Assembly: GCA_950097015.1 (NCBI GenBank)
Contig: CATNEN010000001.1
Span: forward strand, 23,684,001 to 23,748,000
DNA from: Macrostomum hystrix
Lineage: Eukaryota > Animalia > Platyhelminthes
DNA: 64,000 nt
Direction: 5' to 3'
The notes under the pieces were generated by a model, which worked only from the letters and a program-made list of their open reading frames with translations, was not told the origin of the DNA and made no database searches. Shown one piece after another: positions 36,201 through 50,366 of this stretch (position 1 is the first letter of the stretch; every line of letters begins with the position of its first letter). The position numbers and the translations under genes are program-made.

Positions 36201-36395
36201 GCTATCTATCAATCTCAGGTGGAGATTATAGGCTTACTAATAAGTCATCACGCGTCTGCGATGACCAATGCGGTATTCACAGCTCTCCGATTGTTATTAT
36301 TAACAATTTTCCATGACTTAATCATTTATATAAATGATGGACACTATGATGCTTCAACGGATTGATTCACTGTTATTTCTCTTTCTATTAAAAGC

Positions 36396-36930
36396 TCTCA
36401 TTCACATCCTCTCATTCACATCCTCTCATTCACATCCTCTCATTCACACCATCTCATTTGCATCCTCCTATTCACACCCTTTCATTTACACCCTCTCATT
36501 CACACCCTCTCATTCACACACTCTTCTTCACACACTCTCATTCACATCCTTTCATTCACACACTCTCATTCACACCCTCTCATTCACACACTCTTCTTCA
36601 CACACTCTCATTCACATCCTTTCATTCACACACTCTCATTCACACCCTCTCATTCACACACTCTTCTTCACACACTCTCATTCACATCCTTTCATTCACA
36701 CACTCTCATTCACACCCTCTCATTCACACCCTCTCATTCACACCCTCTCATTCACACCCTCTCATTCACACCCTCTCATTCACACCCTCTCATTCACACC
36801 CTCTCATTCACACCCTCTCATTCACACACTCTTCTTCACACACTCTCATTCACACCCTCTCATTCACACCCTCTCATTCACACCCTCTCATTCACACCCT
36901 CTCATTCACACCCTCTCATTCACACCCTCA
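36396..36930. repeat. 14-bp minisatellite (ctctcattcacacc)n
   Basis: Direct tandem units. Confidence 0.95.
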
Positions 36931-37805
36931 TTTACTAACTTTCATTTCCATTCTCTCGTTCACACCCTCTTATTCACACCTTTGTCACATACTCTCATTC
37001 ACACTCTTATTCCTTCACCCTTTTTAAGTGAAAAATCCCCTAACCAAAATAAAATGGTTCAATTTAACTCGATAAAAAGCCTAGCTTTGCACTCCGACCA
37101 GAGACTGTGTCACTCAACACAACACAGCGGAGTTATCCCCTTCGGAGCTGGGGATAATAGACCCGGGAAGAAGCGGAAGAAGGCATTCGGATCTGGGGAA
37201 TTTGCAGGAGATATTAGTTGCCAGGCGGATTCATTTCCTGGCTTGAAGGTGCTGAGAGCTGCTGCTGCTGCTGCTGCAGGACAAGTTGGGGATGGGTGCA
37301 GACAGGGAGTTGATTTCATAATTAATTTACCAGCCGCGGAAAGCATGCCAGCCGGGGATATGGGATAAGGATACGAGATGGGGAGAGAGAGTCAGAGGCG
37401 CGAGTTAAAAAGGTATTAAGATCCGAAAAATGTGCCGAAAGGATACCGAAATGTCATACGTTCGCTCCGGCAGCTCCATCATCAGCTCGAGTCAGCTGAT
37501 TTCCTGCTGTATCCCCGGCCGTCCCTGTTCCCAAGTCTTCTCTCCCCGCCGCTTGCTGAAGACAGATCGTGCAGGTATATTAGCCAAAGGCGAGCGACTC
37601 AAATTAGCCTGGCACTGGTCCTGACCCAGCAGCGTGAGATGGGATCCGACTGGGAGTTAGGAGATCAGCCAGTTTTTCGATTACGTAACTTTACGAGGCC
37701 GATTTGAGGTTAAATATATTCAATTATTTATTACTTTTTCGTGATAGGGAGTCCCGAAGGTTGGGACCGACTGAAAAGGTTAACGATATAAAAATTGGTG
37801 ACCGT

Positions 37806-38490
37806 TTGAACTGGGGAACAGGGTGTGGGATCTGAACTGAACTAGGGAACATGGTGTGGGATCTGCACTGAACTGGGGGACGGGGTGTGGGATCTGAACT
37901 GAACTGGGGAACATGGTGTGGGATCTGCACTGAACTGGGGGACGGGGTGTGGGATCTGAACTGAACTGGAGGAACAGGGTGTGGGATCTGAACTGAACTG
38001 GGGAACAGGGTGTGGGATCTGAACTGAACTGGGGGACAGGGTGTGGGATCTGAACTGAACTGGGGAACAGGGTGTGGGATCTGAACTGAACTGGAGGAAC
38101 AGGGTGTGGGATCTGAACTGAACTGGGGAACAGGGTGTGGGATCTTAACTGAACTGGAGGAACAGGGTGTGGGATCTGAACTGAACTGGGGAACAGGGTG
38201 TGGGATCTGAACTGAACTGGGGAACAGGGTGTGGGATCTGAACTGAACTGGGGAACAGGGTGTTGGATCTGAACTGAACTGGGGAACAGGGTGTTGGATC
38301 TGAACTGAACTGGGGAACAGGGTTTGGGATCTGAACTGAACTGGGGAACAGGGTGTGGGATCTGAACTGAACTGGGGAAACATGGTGTGGGATCTGAACT
38401 GAACTGGGGAAACATGGTGTGGGATCTGAACTGAACTGGGGAACATGGTGTGGGATCTGAACTGAACTGTGGAACAGGGTGTGGGATCTG
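37806..38490. repeat. 31-bp minisatellite (gggatctgaactgaactggggaacagggtgt)n
   Basis: Direct tandem units. Confidence 0.95.
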
Positions 38491-39396
38491 ATGTAGCTAT
38501 TCCCGTTCTCGTAATTAAGAGAACTAACAGATTTCTACGAAAAAGATCATCGTTTAAAAAATCGCTTCGAAGCATACTTTTTCCAAGAAACCTACCTAGT
38601 TTCTAAGAAAGCTAGAAAAAATATTTTTCTATGAAAACTAGCAGTTTCTGTCAAATTCAGACTCTGCTTTCACTTAAAGCCAATACTATACTAAGCATAC
38701 AGTGGTATGTTGAGCACACTGGCAGTGAAAGTGGAACTCATTTCGTACGCCAAGGTTATTTTACTCGAGACTTTGTGGCATTCCAGGTCGCCCAGTAGAA
38801 CGGCAAGTATATTCAAAAGCAAGCATTCAGAACTGAGGAAGAAGCGAGAAAAGGGCAGGTGGGGCGTTTATTCCCCCTAAGAAAATATGGAGTGTGGGCG
38901 AAATTCTTCCCTACACGCGGGAGGGCTACGACCAACTTTGGCCAGCAACTTCGCCCCCCTTCTGCTTTAAAAAACTAACACGAAAAGAAATTGACTCAAA
39001 AGAAGAAGCTCTCAAAGCCGAAGTGGTCCCTCTTCTCAAGGGAGGGGCTATTGGGGCTCGGAGGATGACGGAGTGCCTCTGAGCTGCCACGGGGGAAATC
39101 GATACACTCCTGGGCCTCCTCCGTCTCATGTTGCCGCTCGCACAGCTGCAGCTACCTTCGCCTTCTCGGCGTATATTAAGTGCTAACAGAGCGGAGGGGG
39201 GCACTTTGCCTAATCCAGTGCCAAAGATAATTGTCAAACCGCTGTGCAAATCCTGCAGCACTTGTGTGTGCACTTTGAATTCGAGAGATGTGGCGACAAT
39301 GAGTCCCTGACTCGAACGCCAGATCGTTCAGTTCGATCATCTTTGCCTATCTAAATCTGATACTTGGTCACTTTAGTAGACGGTGCAAGAACTGTA

Positions 39397-40458
39397 ACTG
39401 CAACTCTCTCCTGCAACTCTCTACCTGCAACTCTCTACCTGCAACTCTCTACCTGCAACTCTCTACCTGCAACTCTCTCCTGCAACTCTCTACCTGCAAC
39501 TCTCTACCTGCAACTCTCTACCCGCAACTCTCTCCTGCAACTCTCTACCTGCAACTCTCTACCTGCAACTCTCTACCTGCAACTCTCTACCTGCAACTCT
39601 CTACCTGCAACTCTCTACCTGCAACTCTCTACCTGCAACTCTCTACCTGCAACTCTCTACCTGCAACTCTCTACCTGCAACTCTCTACCTGCAACTCTCT
39701 ACCCGCAACTCTCTACCTGCAACTCTCTACCCGCAACTCTCTCCTGCAACTCTCTACCTGCAACTCTCTACCTGCAACTCTCTCCTGCAACTCTCTACCT
39801 GCAACTCTCTACCTGCAACTCTCTACCTGCAACTCTCTACCTGCAACTCTCTACCTGCAACTCTCTACCTGCAACTCTCTACCCGCAACTCTCTCCTGCA
39901 ACTCTCTACCTGCAACTCTCTACCTGCAACTCTCTACCTGCAACTCTCTACTTGCAACTCTCTACCTGCAACTCTCTACCTGCAACTCTCTACCTGCAAC
40001 TCTCTACTTGCAACTCTCTACCTGCAACTCTCTACCTGCAACTCTCTACCCGCAACTCTCTCCTGCAACTCTCTACCTGCAACTCTCTACCTGCAACTCT
40101 CTACCTGCAACTCTCTACCTGCAACTCTCTACCTGCAACTCTTTCCTGCAACTCTCTACCTGCAACTCTCTACCTGCAACTCTCTACCTGCAACTCTCTA
40201 CCTGCAACTCTCTACCTGCAACTCTCTACCTGCAACTCTCTACCTGCAACTCTCTACCTGGAACTCTCTACCTGCAACTCTCTACCCGCAACTCTCTCCT
40301 GCAACTCTCTACCTGCAACTCTCTACCTGCAACTCTCTACCTGCAACTCTCTACTTGCAACTCTCTACCTGCAACTCTCTACCTGCAACTCTCTACCTGC
40401 AACTCTCTACTTGCAACTCTCTACCTGCAACTCTCTACCTGCAACTCTCTACCTGGAA
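39397..40458. repeat. 14-bp minisatellite (ctgcaactctctac)n
   Basis: Direct tandem units. Confidence 0.96.
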
Positions 40459-41045
40459 CCATTTCTCTTGAACTTCTACCTTGAACCATTCCCACAGGAA
40501 CTCTGCACTAAATTGAGAACTGAGTTGTTGGACTTCGCTAGCCAGTAACTCACTGCAAGTTGAGTGTGAGTATGCAAATGAAGTCCAACGCACGCATGCA
40601 GTTACCGCAGTTACTGCATGAAGCATCAACTTTTCCCACACTTAGTGACTATTAGCATGAATGAGGAGGCTGTGAAGTACAAATTCATTATTGCTAAAAT
40701 GGCTTCACCAAATGAGCCAGGGTCCACTGAAAAGAGGATAGAGAAGGCCCGCAGTGAGAAAATGGGCTGATAGAAAATGCTCAAGAGGCAATGAGTCATA
40801 AATTATTCATTTCACACCTCTGGGATGCAACTTGGTGTTTTGAGTAATTTATTCAAAAGCAAGAGGCACTGGGATAGGGGAGGGCCGCAAGGCAAGGTGA
40901 CAAAAACTTTTTCTAGTTGCCACGGGGAAGTGGGCAGGATGCAATGGCGCCCCCGCGTAATTAGGAATGCTGCGACAAAATGCGCTCAAAAAGACAGGTC
41001 TACGATGTGACACGTTGACAGGTTAGAATAGATTTTAATAAGGAG

Positions 41046-41326
41046 CTAGGGCCAGGGCTAGGGCCAGGGCTAGGGCCAGGGCTAGGGCCAGGGCTAGGGC
41101 CAGGGCTAGGGCCAGGGCTAGGGCCAGGGCTAGGGCCAGGGCTAGGGCCAGGGCTAGGGCCAGGGCTAGGGCCAGGGCTAGGGCCAGGGCTAGGGCCAGG
41201 GCTAGGGCCAGGGCTAGGGCCAGGGCTAGGGCCAGGGCCAGGGCCAGGGCTAGGGCCAGGGCTAGGGCCAGGGCTAGGGCCAGGGCTAGGGCCAGGGCTA
41301 GGGCCAGGGCTAGGGCCAGGGCTAGG
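41046..41326 (+). repeat. (GGGCTAGGGCCA)n telomere-variant-like, G-quadruplex-prone array
   Basis: Regular GGG tracts with 3-nt loops. Confidence 0.93.
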
Positions 41327-41974
41327 CGTGCACTATTAGCTGAAGCATTGGTAGTGGGAGTTTAAAATGTGTTAGCACTACCTTAGAGACTTACAATGCT
41401 CACTACAATGCCCTGTGTGCTCACTTGAGCTCAGTCGTTAGATCGGTATCGTCAGTCCTGGATGAGGCATGTCAGGGAGAATTGCCCGTCATGTCAAGTC
41501 GTCTGCGTCGTGTTGAGACCTCTGTCACCCAGCCCCTTGGATACCAGGGCTAGACGCGATCAAGCTATTATTATGCAGCCGTGTGCACATTTTTTCCTGA
41601 CTGACTAACTGAGCTCATCTGAAAATGGAAAAGCTAGCTTTGCGCGCTAAAATATTTAGCGTACTGGGGCAGCGAGCCAGGTAAGTGTGTCGTTGGGAGA
41701 TTGTATTGAAAAGCATTCACCGGATGTACTATTATGCAGTTTGCTGGATGCTGTGTCTGTGAAGTTCTGAACTCTCCTGTGCATTGAGGAGAATATTAAG
41801 CTATGAGGGAAGTGACGAAACAGGCAGATTGGATGATCGATAAGCCGCGAAATGTACAACCTGAAAGATGCAGTTTCAATGTGCCTAGCTGCGTCCGTGC
41901 ATGCTTCCACAGATTCTCTCGCGTCAGATGTGATTTATGAGACGGAAGAGAACCGTTAAAGAGCTAGTAGAGTG

Positions 41975-43215
41975 GAGAGTGGAAGGGGGGAGATCAACGG
42001 GGGAGAGTTGAAGGGAGTTGAAGGGGGAGAGTTGAAGGGGGGAGAGTAGAAGGGGGGAGAGTTGAAGGGGGGAGAGTTGAAGGGGGGAGAGTTGAAGGGG
42101 GGAGAGTTAAAAGGGTGAGTTAAAGGGGGTGAGTTGAAAGGTAAGTAGAAGGGGAGAATTGAAGGGAGTTGAAGGTGAGTTGAATGGGGGGGAGAGTTAA
42201 AAGGGGGAGATTTGATGGGGGAGAGTTGAAGAGGGGAGAGTTGAAGGGTGGAGAGTTGAAGGGTGGAGAGTTGAAGGGGGAAGATATGAAGGGGGAGAGT
42301 TGAAGGGTGGAGAGTTGAAGGGGGAAGATATGAAGGGGGGAGAGTTGAAGGGGGGGAGAGTTGAAGGGGGAGAGTTGAAGGGGGAGAGTTGAAGGGGGGG
42401 AGAGTTGAAGGGGGAGAGTTGAAGGGGGAGAGTTGAAGGGGGAGAGTTGAAGGGGGAAGAGATGAAGGGGGGAGAGTTGAAGGGGGAAGAGATGAAGGGG
42501 GGAGAGTTGAAGGGGGAGAGTTGAAGGGGGAGAGTTGAAGGGGGAGAGTTGAAGGGGGAAGAGATGAAGGGGGGAGAGTTGAAGGGGGAGAGTTGAAGGG
42601 GGAGAGTTGAAGAGGGGAGAGTTGAAGGGTGGAGAGTTGAAGGGGGAAGATATGAAGGGGGGAGAGTTGAAGAGGGGAGAGTTGAAGGAGGAGAGTTGAA
42701 GAGGGGAGAGTTGAAGGGGGAGAGTTGAAGGAGGAGAGTTGAAGAGGGGAGAGTTGAAGGGGGAGAGTTGAAGGAGGAGAGTTGAAGGGGGAGAGTTGAA
42801 GGGGGAGAGTTGAAGGGGGAGAGTTGAAGGGGGAGAGTTGAAGGGGGAGAGTTGAAGGGGGAGAGTTGAAGGGGGAGAGTTGAAGGGGGAGAGTTGAAGG
42901 GGGAGAGTTGAAGGGGGAGAGTTGAAGGGGGAGAGTTGAAGGGGGAGAGTTGAAGGGGGAGAGTTGAAGGGGGAGAGTTGAAGGGGGAGAGTTGAAGGGG
43001 GAGATGAATGGGGAGAGTTAAAAGGGGACTTGAATGGGGAGTTGAAGGGGGAGAGTTAAAAGGGGAGTTGAATGGGGAGATGAATGGGGAGATGAATGGG
43101 GAGAGTTAAAAGGGGAGTTGAAGGGGGAGAGTTAAAAGGGGAGTTGAATGGGGAGATGAATGAGGAGAGTTAAAAGGGGAGTTGAATGGGGAGATGAATG
43201 GGGGAGAGTTAAGGG
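41975..43215. repeat. G-rich 14-bp minisatellite (gggggagagttgaa)n
   Basis: Direct tandem units. Confidence 0.95.
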
Positions 43216-43669
43216 AAAAGAAGTTGTATGGTTAGTAAAGATTGTGAAGCTACAGGCCGTGACGCTGTTTATTCTGCATAATTCTCCAGTAGCATATAAA
43301 AGGCTCAGCACACGAGCCAACAGACGCAACAGACAGTCCTAGTAATTTTGCAGCTAGAATTTAATCTGTCGCATTTTGCTTTCAGTGCTCAAGCAACAAT
43401 TTGGATGCAGTTTTAGTAGATTCTCAAAGTTTCATTTTAGCTGGCAGTTGCATTTGATAAGTGCATCGTTTTCATCTTGAGCCGTTCTCATTTCATATTT
43501 GCTCAAGGCCCACAGAGAGATCGAATGATACCTGATCCAGGCTGAGCATTAAGGATATTTATGGGGACTAAAGCAGCCCGTTCTTTTGTCTTTTCATTCA
43601 ATTTGGGAGCATTCCTGCTCAAATATTTGCCTAGCAACAAATGCATTTAGGAAGGGGGTGAGCGAAGGG

Positions 43670-44435
43670 AGGAGAGAGAGGAAGAGGGGAGTAAGAGGGA
43701 GAGATGGGAGTGAGAGGGAGGGATGGGAGTGAGAGGGAGAGATCGGAGTGAGAGGGAGGATGGGAGTGAGAGGGAGGATGGGAGTGAGAGGGAGAGATGG
43801 GAGTGAGAGGGAGGAATGGGAGTGAGAGGGAGAGATGGGAGTGAGAGGGAGAGATGGGAGCGAGAGGGAGAGATGGGAGTGAGAGGGAGAGATGGGAGTG
43901 AGAGGGAGAGATGGGAGTGAGAGGGAGAGATGGGAGCGAGAGGGAGAGATGGGAGTGAGAGGGAGAGATGGGAGTGAGAGGGAGAGATGGGAGTGAGAGG
44001 GAGAGATGGGAGTGAGAGGGAGAGATGGGAGTGAGAGGGAGAGATGGGAGTGAGAGGGAGAGATGGGAGTGAGAGGGAGAGATGGGAGTGAGAGGGAGAG
44101 AGGGGAGTAAGAGAGAGAGATGGGAGTGAGAGGGAGAGATGGGAGTGAGAGGGAGAGATGGGAGTGAGAGGGAGAGATGGGAGTGAGAGGGAGAGATGGG
44201 AGTGAGAGGGAGAGATGGGAGTGAGAGGGAGAGATGGGAGTGAGAAGGAGAGATGGGAGTGAGAGGGAGAGATGGGAGTGAGAGGGAGAGATGGGAGTGA
44301 GAGGGAGAGATGGGAGTGAGAGGGAGAGATGGGAGTGAGAGGGAGAGATGGGAGTGAGAGGGAGAGATGGGAGTGAGAGGGAGAGATGGGAGTGAGAGGG
44401 AGAGATGGGAGTGAGAGGGAGATGGGAGTGAGAGG
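43670..44435. repeat. 19-bp minisatellite (gggagtgagagggagagat)n
   Basis: Direct tandem units. Confidence 0.95.
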
Positions 44436-46077
44436 TGGAGAAGAGGTTGAGACTGAGAAGTGAGCAGAAGAACACAGTGCCAAGGTGTCCAGGGAGTCAT
44501 GACCCAGTACCCTTCCTAGTGCCTCATGGTTCATGGAGAAGAAATAGTTTTGCGGCCAACTTAAAGAATGTTTCAAAATAGCCGCTTGTCTATTGGAATC
44601 CATTGCTGCCCAAGCACTCGCTTTATCTTCAAACGCCCTGCTGTCATGATGTCATCATGCATGCGGGCTGAAAATGTCTAGCTAGCATTCATGAAACGTC
44701 AAAACCGTCTGTCAAACTGTTGTTTCTGATCTGACATGGCCCTTTCTTCTCTATTCTTCAATAAAGCACCCTTCCCTCAACAGTCGCCTCCACCAGACAA
44801 ACAGCTTGGCAACTGCAGTGAGTCACAACAAAAAGGAAAACGTCAAATTAATGCTTCTCTTTCTCTCTATTCTTAATTTCTTTCTTTGCAATAGTTGCAT
44901 TCATTGCTTTCTGCTATTGTGCCTAGATTTCAGCTGTCCGCGAGTCACTAATTGCACTGCTTTCAGCCCAAAACACTCGGCCACTATCAACGAATGCCTG
45001 GAGAAGCTTCGGACACAAGAAGTTGAAGAGAGCAGCGATTCCTGTGTGTTTTTTCACTACTGCTATTGTTGCAGCAAGCCGGCCAGGTAGAAGACAAGTG
45101 TCACTGCGAGAGAGTTTTTCTTCTCTTTAGAAAATATAAATTGAAACTGTCTTTTTTAGTGCCTATAGTTGGTCTGGGACCCCTTTGGCTGCCGGCTTGA
45201 CTCAAACTCAAACTTTGCATTTAAAAAAGAAAGAAAATAAAATAATAAAATAGGTTTTATTAGCCTGCAAAGCCTCTGTTTTTATCCTATCAAATGAAGC
45301 AGTATTGTGATTATTTATTATATTCAGTCACGATAATTAAACTAAGCCACGATGCTATAATCAAAAAAACGAAAACCGCCCGCCTGTCTAAAAAGGACTT
45401 ATAGAGTTCCGTTGAAGGGGCTTATTAGGGGTGGGTTTGGCAGTCTGGGTCTGGGGGGTTCGGAGGCGCTAGACATGGCGGAGTGGGGTGGGTGGCGTTG
45501 GGGTGGCGGGTGCGACAGAGTGAAGGCGCCAGTTGAAATTATATGGGCGCGGCCCAGCCAATGGCGATTCATCGGCTGGGTCCAATTGAGTGTACAGTAA
45601 GCGCTTAATTTTGGTTGGGGGTTATGGTCCGTCCCGGTCTTCTGAAAGAAAGAAAAAGGGAGTTGGAACCGGAGAGCAGAGAAAGGAAGTTTTAAAAGCG
45701 AGCGCACCCGAGCTTTCTATGGTAATAAACAGGCCAGTTTTTTAGGGTTGTATAGCTTTAGCTTAAAAAACAAACAAGGGACTTTGCACTCCAACACCCA
45801 GCGCCGTCCAGAAGCAGCTCAGCTAAAATTGTGACCGGCGATCAATCAACTTATCCAATTTCGGATATCAACTTGTCAAATGTGATACAATGCTTTGCCT
45901 AGACAGCTTATTCTAGTCCGAGACTGGGCGACAACTAATATTATTGTTGCCGAATTACGCAGTAAAATACTGCTGTTTCCGCTTTGATATATCGATTGCA
46001 ACACACCCTTTCGTTGGAGGCCGATCGAAAGGTAGGTTTAATTTTTAATTTTGTCGTTTATAATTTTTAGATCTTGC

Positions 46078-47225
46078 ATACATTCAAATGACGTTGGCCT
46101 CATGAGGATAATCAAACATATGAGGTCGATATAGAGCAAAGCACAGATGCATGGACTGTGGAACTAAGCTTGATCCTCAATTCCGAGACGATCTATTAAC
46201 TGTCCATTGTTGTGAAGTATGATTGGCAGTGCACTATCTGTTTAAAATCAGATTTATTAGAAAGAATAGGATTGAAAAACAATACACAGTTCAGATTTTA
46301 TGTGACAACGAGATTTGACCTGAAAAAGGACATTGAGATGGGATCTTGAAGATTTAGTATGGCGTGGAGATAGGATATTAAAGATTGTAGGACATTGTAG
46401 ATGTTAGCGGAACATCGGGATGGGATCTTAGGGATTCAATATGAGATTGGGATGGGATCTTAGGGATTCAATATGACATGGGGATGGGATCTTAGGGATT
46501 CAATATGACATGGGGATGGGATCTTAGGGATTCAATATGACATCGGGTGGTATCTTAGGGATTCAATATGAGATGGTGATGGGATCTTAGGGTTTCAATA
46601 TGAGGTGGGGATGGGATCTTAGGGATTCAATATGACATGGGGATGGGATCTTAGGGATTCAATATGACATGGTGATGGGATCTTAGGGATTCAATATGAG
46701 ATGGTGATGGGATCTTAGGGTTTCAATATGAGGTGGGGATGGGATCTTAGGGATTCAATATGACATGGGGATGGGATCTTAGGGATTCAATATGACATGG
46801 TGATGGGATCTTAGGGATTCAATATGACATGGGGGTGGGATCTTAGGGATTCAATATGACATGGGGGTGGGATCTTAGGGATTCAATATGAGATTGGGAT
46901 GGGATCTTAGGGATTCAATATGAGGTGGGGATGGGATCTTAGGGATTCAATATGAGATTGGGATGGGATCTTAGGGATTTAATATGAGATTGGGATGGGA
47001 TCTTAGGGATTCAATATGACATAGGGATGAGATCTTAGGGATTCAATACATTCAAATGACGTTGGCCTCATGAGGATAATCAAACATATGAGGTCGATAT
47101 AGAGCAAAGCACAGATGCAGATTTAGTCATGGACTGTGGAACTAAGCTTGATCCTCAATTCCGAGATGATCTATTAACTGTCCATTGTTGTGAAGTATGA
47201 TTGGCAGTGCACTATCTGTTTAAAA
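46078..47225. repeat. ~170-bp direct repeats (46078-46247 and 47046-47225) flanking a 31-32-bp minisatellite
   Basis: The copies differ by a 10-nt insertion and one substitution; internal unit gggatcttagggattcaatatgacatggggat. Confidence 0.9.
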
Positions 47226-47924
47226 GTGAAAAAAGTAGATAGATATTGAGCACTCGACTCAAAACTTGTCACTTGGAGCGTATTAATGCAAACAGTAAAT
47301 TTTTAGTGGAGTTGCTAACCCTATACTTTATTCCCACCCTGAAAAGTGTAATATAGGGGGATGTAGCGGGAATACGGTCCTGCAGATTCTCTACATGCAA
47401 ACCAAAAAAATCCCATTTACTTTTCCCGGGGAAGTGGTTCGACCTACCAGGGTTTTAGTTTAAGAGGGCTGGCATGCATTGGGAATAAGAGATGGACTTT
47501 CGAAATTTCAAATCGAGGATTGATGAAGGCTTTCTAGGCTGCTGGAGTGCCTGAATTCGCTCCTCTTTTTTCTTCTTTAATTTCTCTTTTATCAGTTTGC
47601 AGGCCGGATTCACAAATTGGACTTTGAAAATGATGGACAACTGGACTGGGAACTGGGCTAGGGGATTCCGTGCACTTCTTGTTTTTATATTTCACTTCAA
47701 TCGGGACTAGCCCGACCCTTCTATGTCCCATCGCGAACCACTCTTTGGCGAATTTGGTCCCGCGCGAGAAAATCAATTAGTAGCGCCTTCAATGTCCCGG
47801 CAATGAGCTCTCTTCTGCTTTGCCTCCTCTGTCTCAATCGGGAACTCGGCTCCGTGATCCCAACCAGACCCGTGCGCTCTTCACACTTACTGTATGTTAT
47901 CGATCAGATTTCAGGAGAGAATCG

Positions 47925-48187
47925 AGTGAGACTGAGTAGATTGAGAAGGAGACTGGGTAGTGTGAGAAGGAGACTGGGTTGAGTGTGAAGGAGACTGGGT
48001 AGTGTGAGAAGGAGACTGGGTTGAGTGAGATGGAGACTGGGTTGAGTGATAGGGAGACTGGGTAGAGTGAGAAGGAGACTGGGTAGAGTGAGAAGGAGAC
48101 TGGGTAGAGTGAGAAGGATACTGGGTTGAGTGAGAAGGAGACTGGGTTGAGTGAGAAGGAGACTGGGTAGAGTGAGAAGGAGACTAG
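47925..48187. repeat. 21-bp minisatellite (gagaaggagactgggtagagt)n
   Basis: Direct tandem units. Confidence 0.92.
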
Positions 48188-48889
48188 GAATTAAGGCGAA
48201 TGCTTGTGATATCAGTGAATCACTAAACTAGGTAATCAATTTCGTCGAATCCCTGTCAAATCGTAATTGTAGGGAACATAAAAGATGTTCTATTAAACAG
48301 TTGTCCAGTTATTGTAGATACAGTTTTATGATCTAGCACAACAGGATTTGACGGGTCCAGTAGCCGTGGGTGATGCTACCATGCGGTTATAAAACTGAGC
48401 GCTGGCATCAAATGATGCGCCTAGTCACCACTGCTGTTAGATTATAAAATGTTCAATCTGAAATGTTTCTGCGGACCTAACTCTTAAGTGGTCATTTGAC
48501 AATGCGTCAGAGACAGGGCTTTGGTTTGGCTGCACCGATGCACTGCATGGGCCGTTTGCTGGTTAGGTAGATTGACCCTCGGATTGCTGTAGAAATTGTT
48601 GCAGCCCTTGCCTTCAAACCAAAATATTTTAATCAGATTTAGCTATATAGCTCGTAGCTGTTGAAGTTCTAGTGAAATCCAAATTGTAAACATTGACGTG
48701 TTTAAAACAGAACTACAGATGGCTTGGATTAAATCTAGTGTAACTATTTTAGCACTTGGATTATCTGCTAGCTGAAACTTTAGTTTAGCATTGTGTAAAT
48801 TTGTGCCACTGCCATAGTCAGGTAAGTTTCTTGTGTTCACACGGTGATTCGTTGGGTTGGTAGATCCGTTGATAGATAAGATCTTTGAC

Positions 48890-49610
48890 TCGGTAGATTC
48901 ATTGGTAGACTTGGTAGACTTGTTGGTAGACTATCTAGTTTCGTTGGTAGACTTTGTAGATTCGTTGGTAGACTTTGTAGATTCGTTGGTAGGCTTTGTA
49001 GATTCTTTGGTAGACTTTGTAGATTCGTTGTTACACACTGTAGATTTGTTGGTAGGCTTTGTAGATTCGTTGTTACACACTGTAGATTTGTTGGTAGACT
49101 TGGTAGATTTGTTGGTAGACTTGGTAGATTTGTTGGTAGACTTGGTAGATTTGTTGGTAGACTTGGTAGATTTGTTGGTAGACTTTGTAGATTCGTTGGT
49201 AGACTTGGTAGATTAGTTGGTAGACTTGGTAGATTTGTTGGCAGACTTGGTAGACTTGTTGGTACACTATGTAGATTTGTTGGTAGACTTGGTAGACTTG
49301 GTAGACACAATTTAGATTTGTTGGTAGACAGGGTAGATATGTTGGTAGACTAGGTAGATTCGTTTGGAGGAGACAGGGTAGAGTGACAGGGAGACTATGT
49401 AGAGTGAGACGGGGCTGAGTAGAGTGAGACGGGGCTGAGTAGAGTGAGACGGGGCTGAGTAGAGTGAGACGGGGTTGAGTAGAGTGAGACGGGGCTGAGT
49501 AGAGTGAGACGGGGTTGAGTAGAGTGAGACGGGGTTGAGTAGAGTGAGACGGGGCTGAGTAGAGTGAGACGGGGCTGAGTAGAGTGAGACGGGCCTGAGT
49601 AGAGTGAGAG
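48890..49610. repeat. adjacent 21-bp (ttggtagacttggtagatttg)n and 20-bp (gagtagagtgagacggggct)n minisatellites
   Basis: Direct tandem units. Confidence 0.92.
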
Positions 49611-50366
49611 GGAACTTCACAAGAGATTCACTCAAGATTGGAAATTTTTTTATATCTTAAAAAAAATGCACAAGTTGCTTAAGATTATGAGTATTTTTTT
49701 ACACTTTCGTTAGATTGAACTGAACAAGAATATGTGCTAGAGAAAGTGAGGTTTAATTAACTTGTGATTGCACGCAACTGTTCAATAATAGAGTAATGGG
49801 AGATAGCTAAAAATGACACACTCTGGTGTGCATAGCTATGCTAGAACACAAGCCGAGATTATAATTAAGTGCATTCGCGTGAGATTTCTGAATGTCGGCC
49901 CCGCCTTGCCCTCCCATATTCGGTTATTTCGGCCCAGGGTTCTGTTTCCGCATTGAGAAATAGACCAATGAGAAGAACTCATTCTGCCACTGCATCCAGT
50001 TCTAATATATATACATATATATATAATTTGTATCGTGCGGTGTGTCACGAAAGCACTGAGCTCACAACCTTCTCAATTCTGACTCAACTGCCCGGTTATG
50101 CATTACTAATTTAGATTTTAAACTACTCTTATTGAATGGCGGATTATTACAACACTAATTCGAAAGAGTGGGATCAAATTTTCCCGAACAGCAGTTATAA
50201 ATTGCTAAATTGCTGGACATTTCCGGCTTCAGTGTGTTTGTTTTTTGGGTCGGCACAGAATAAGGGTCAAGTCCTGGTTGGTCTGCTTTCTGCATTTTTA
50301 TTATGCTAACTTTTTCATGCGAGATCCTAGGCTAGCAATCCAATCCCATTATGGTCCAAAAATCAT

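Noticed and set aside
41046-41326. True telomere or interstitial TTAGGG array
   Set aside because: Units are CTAGGG/CCAGGG, not TTAGGG, and the array is internal
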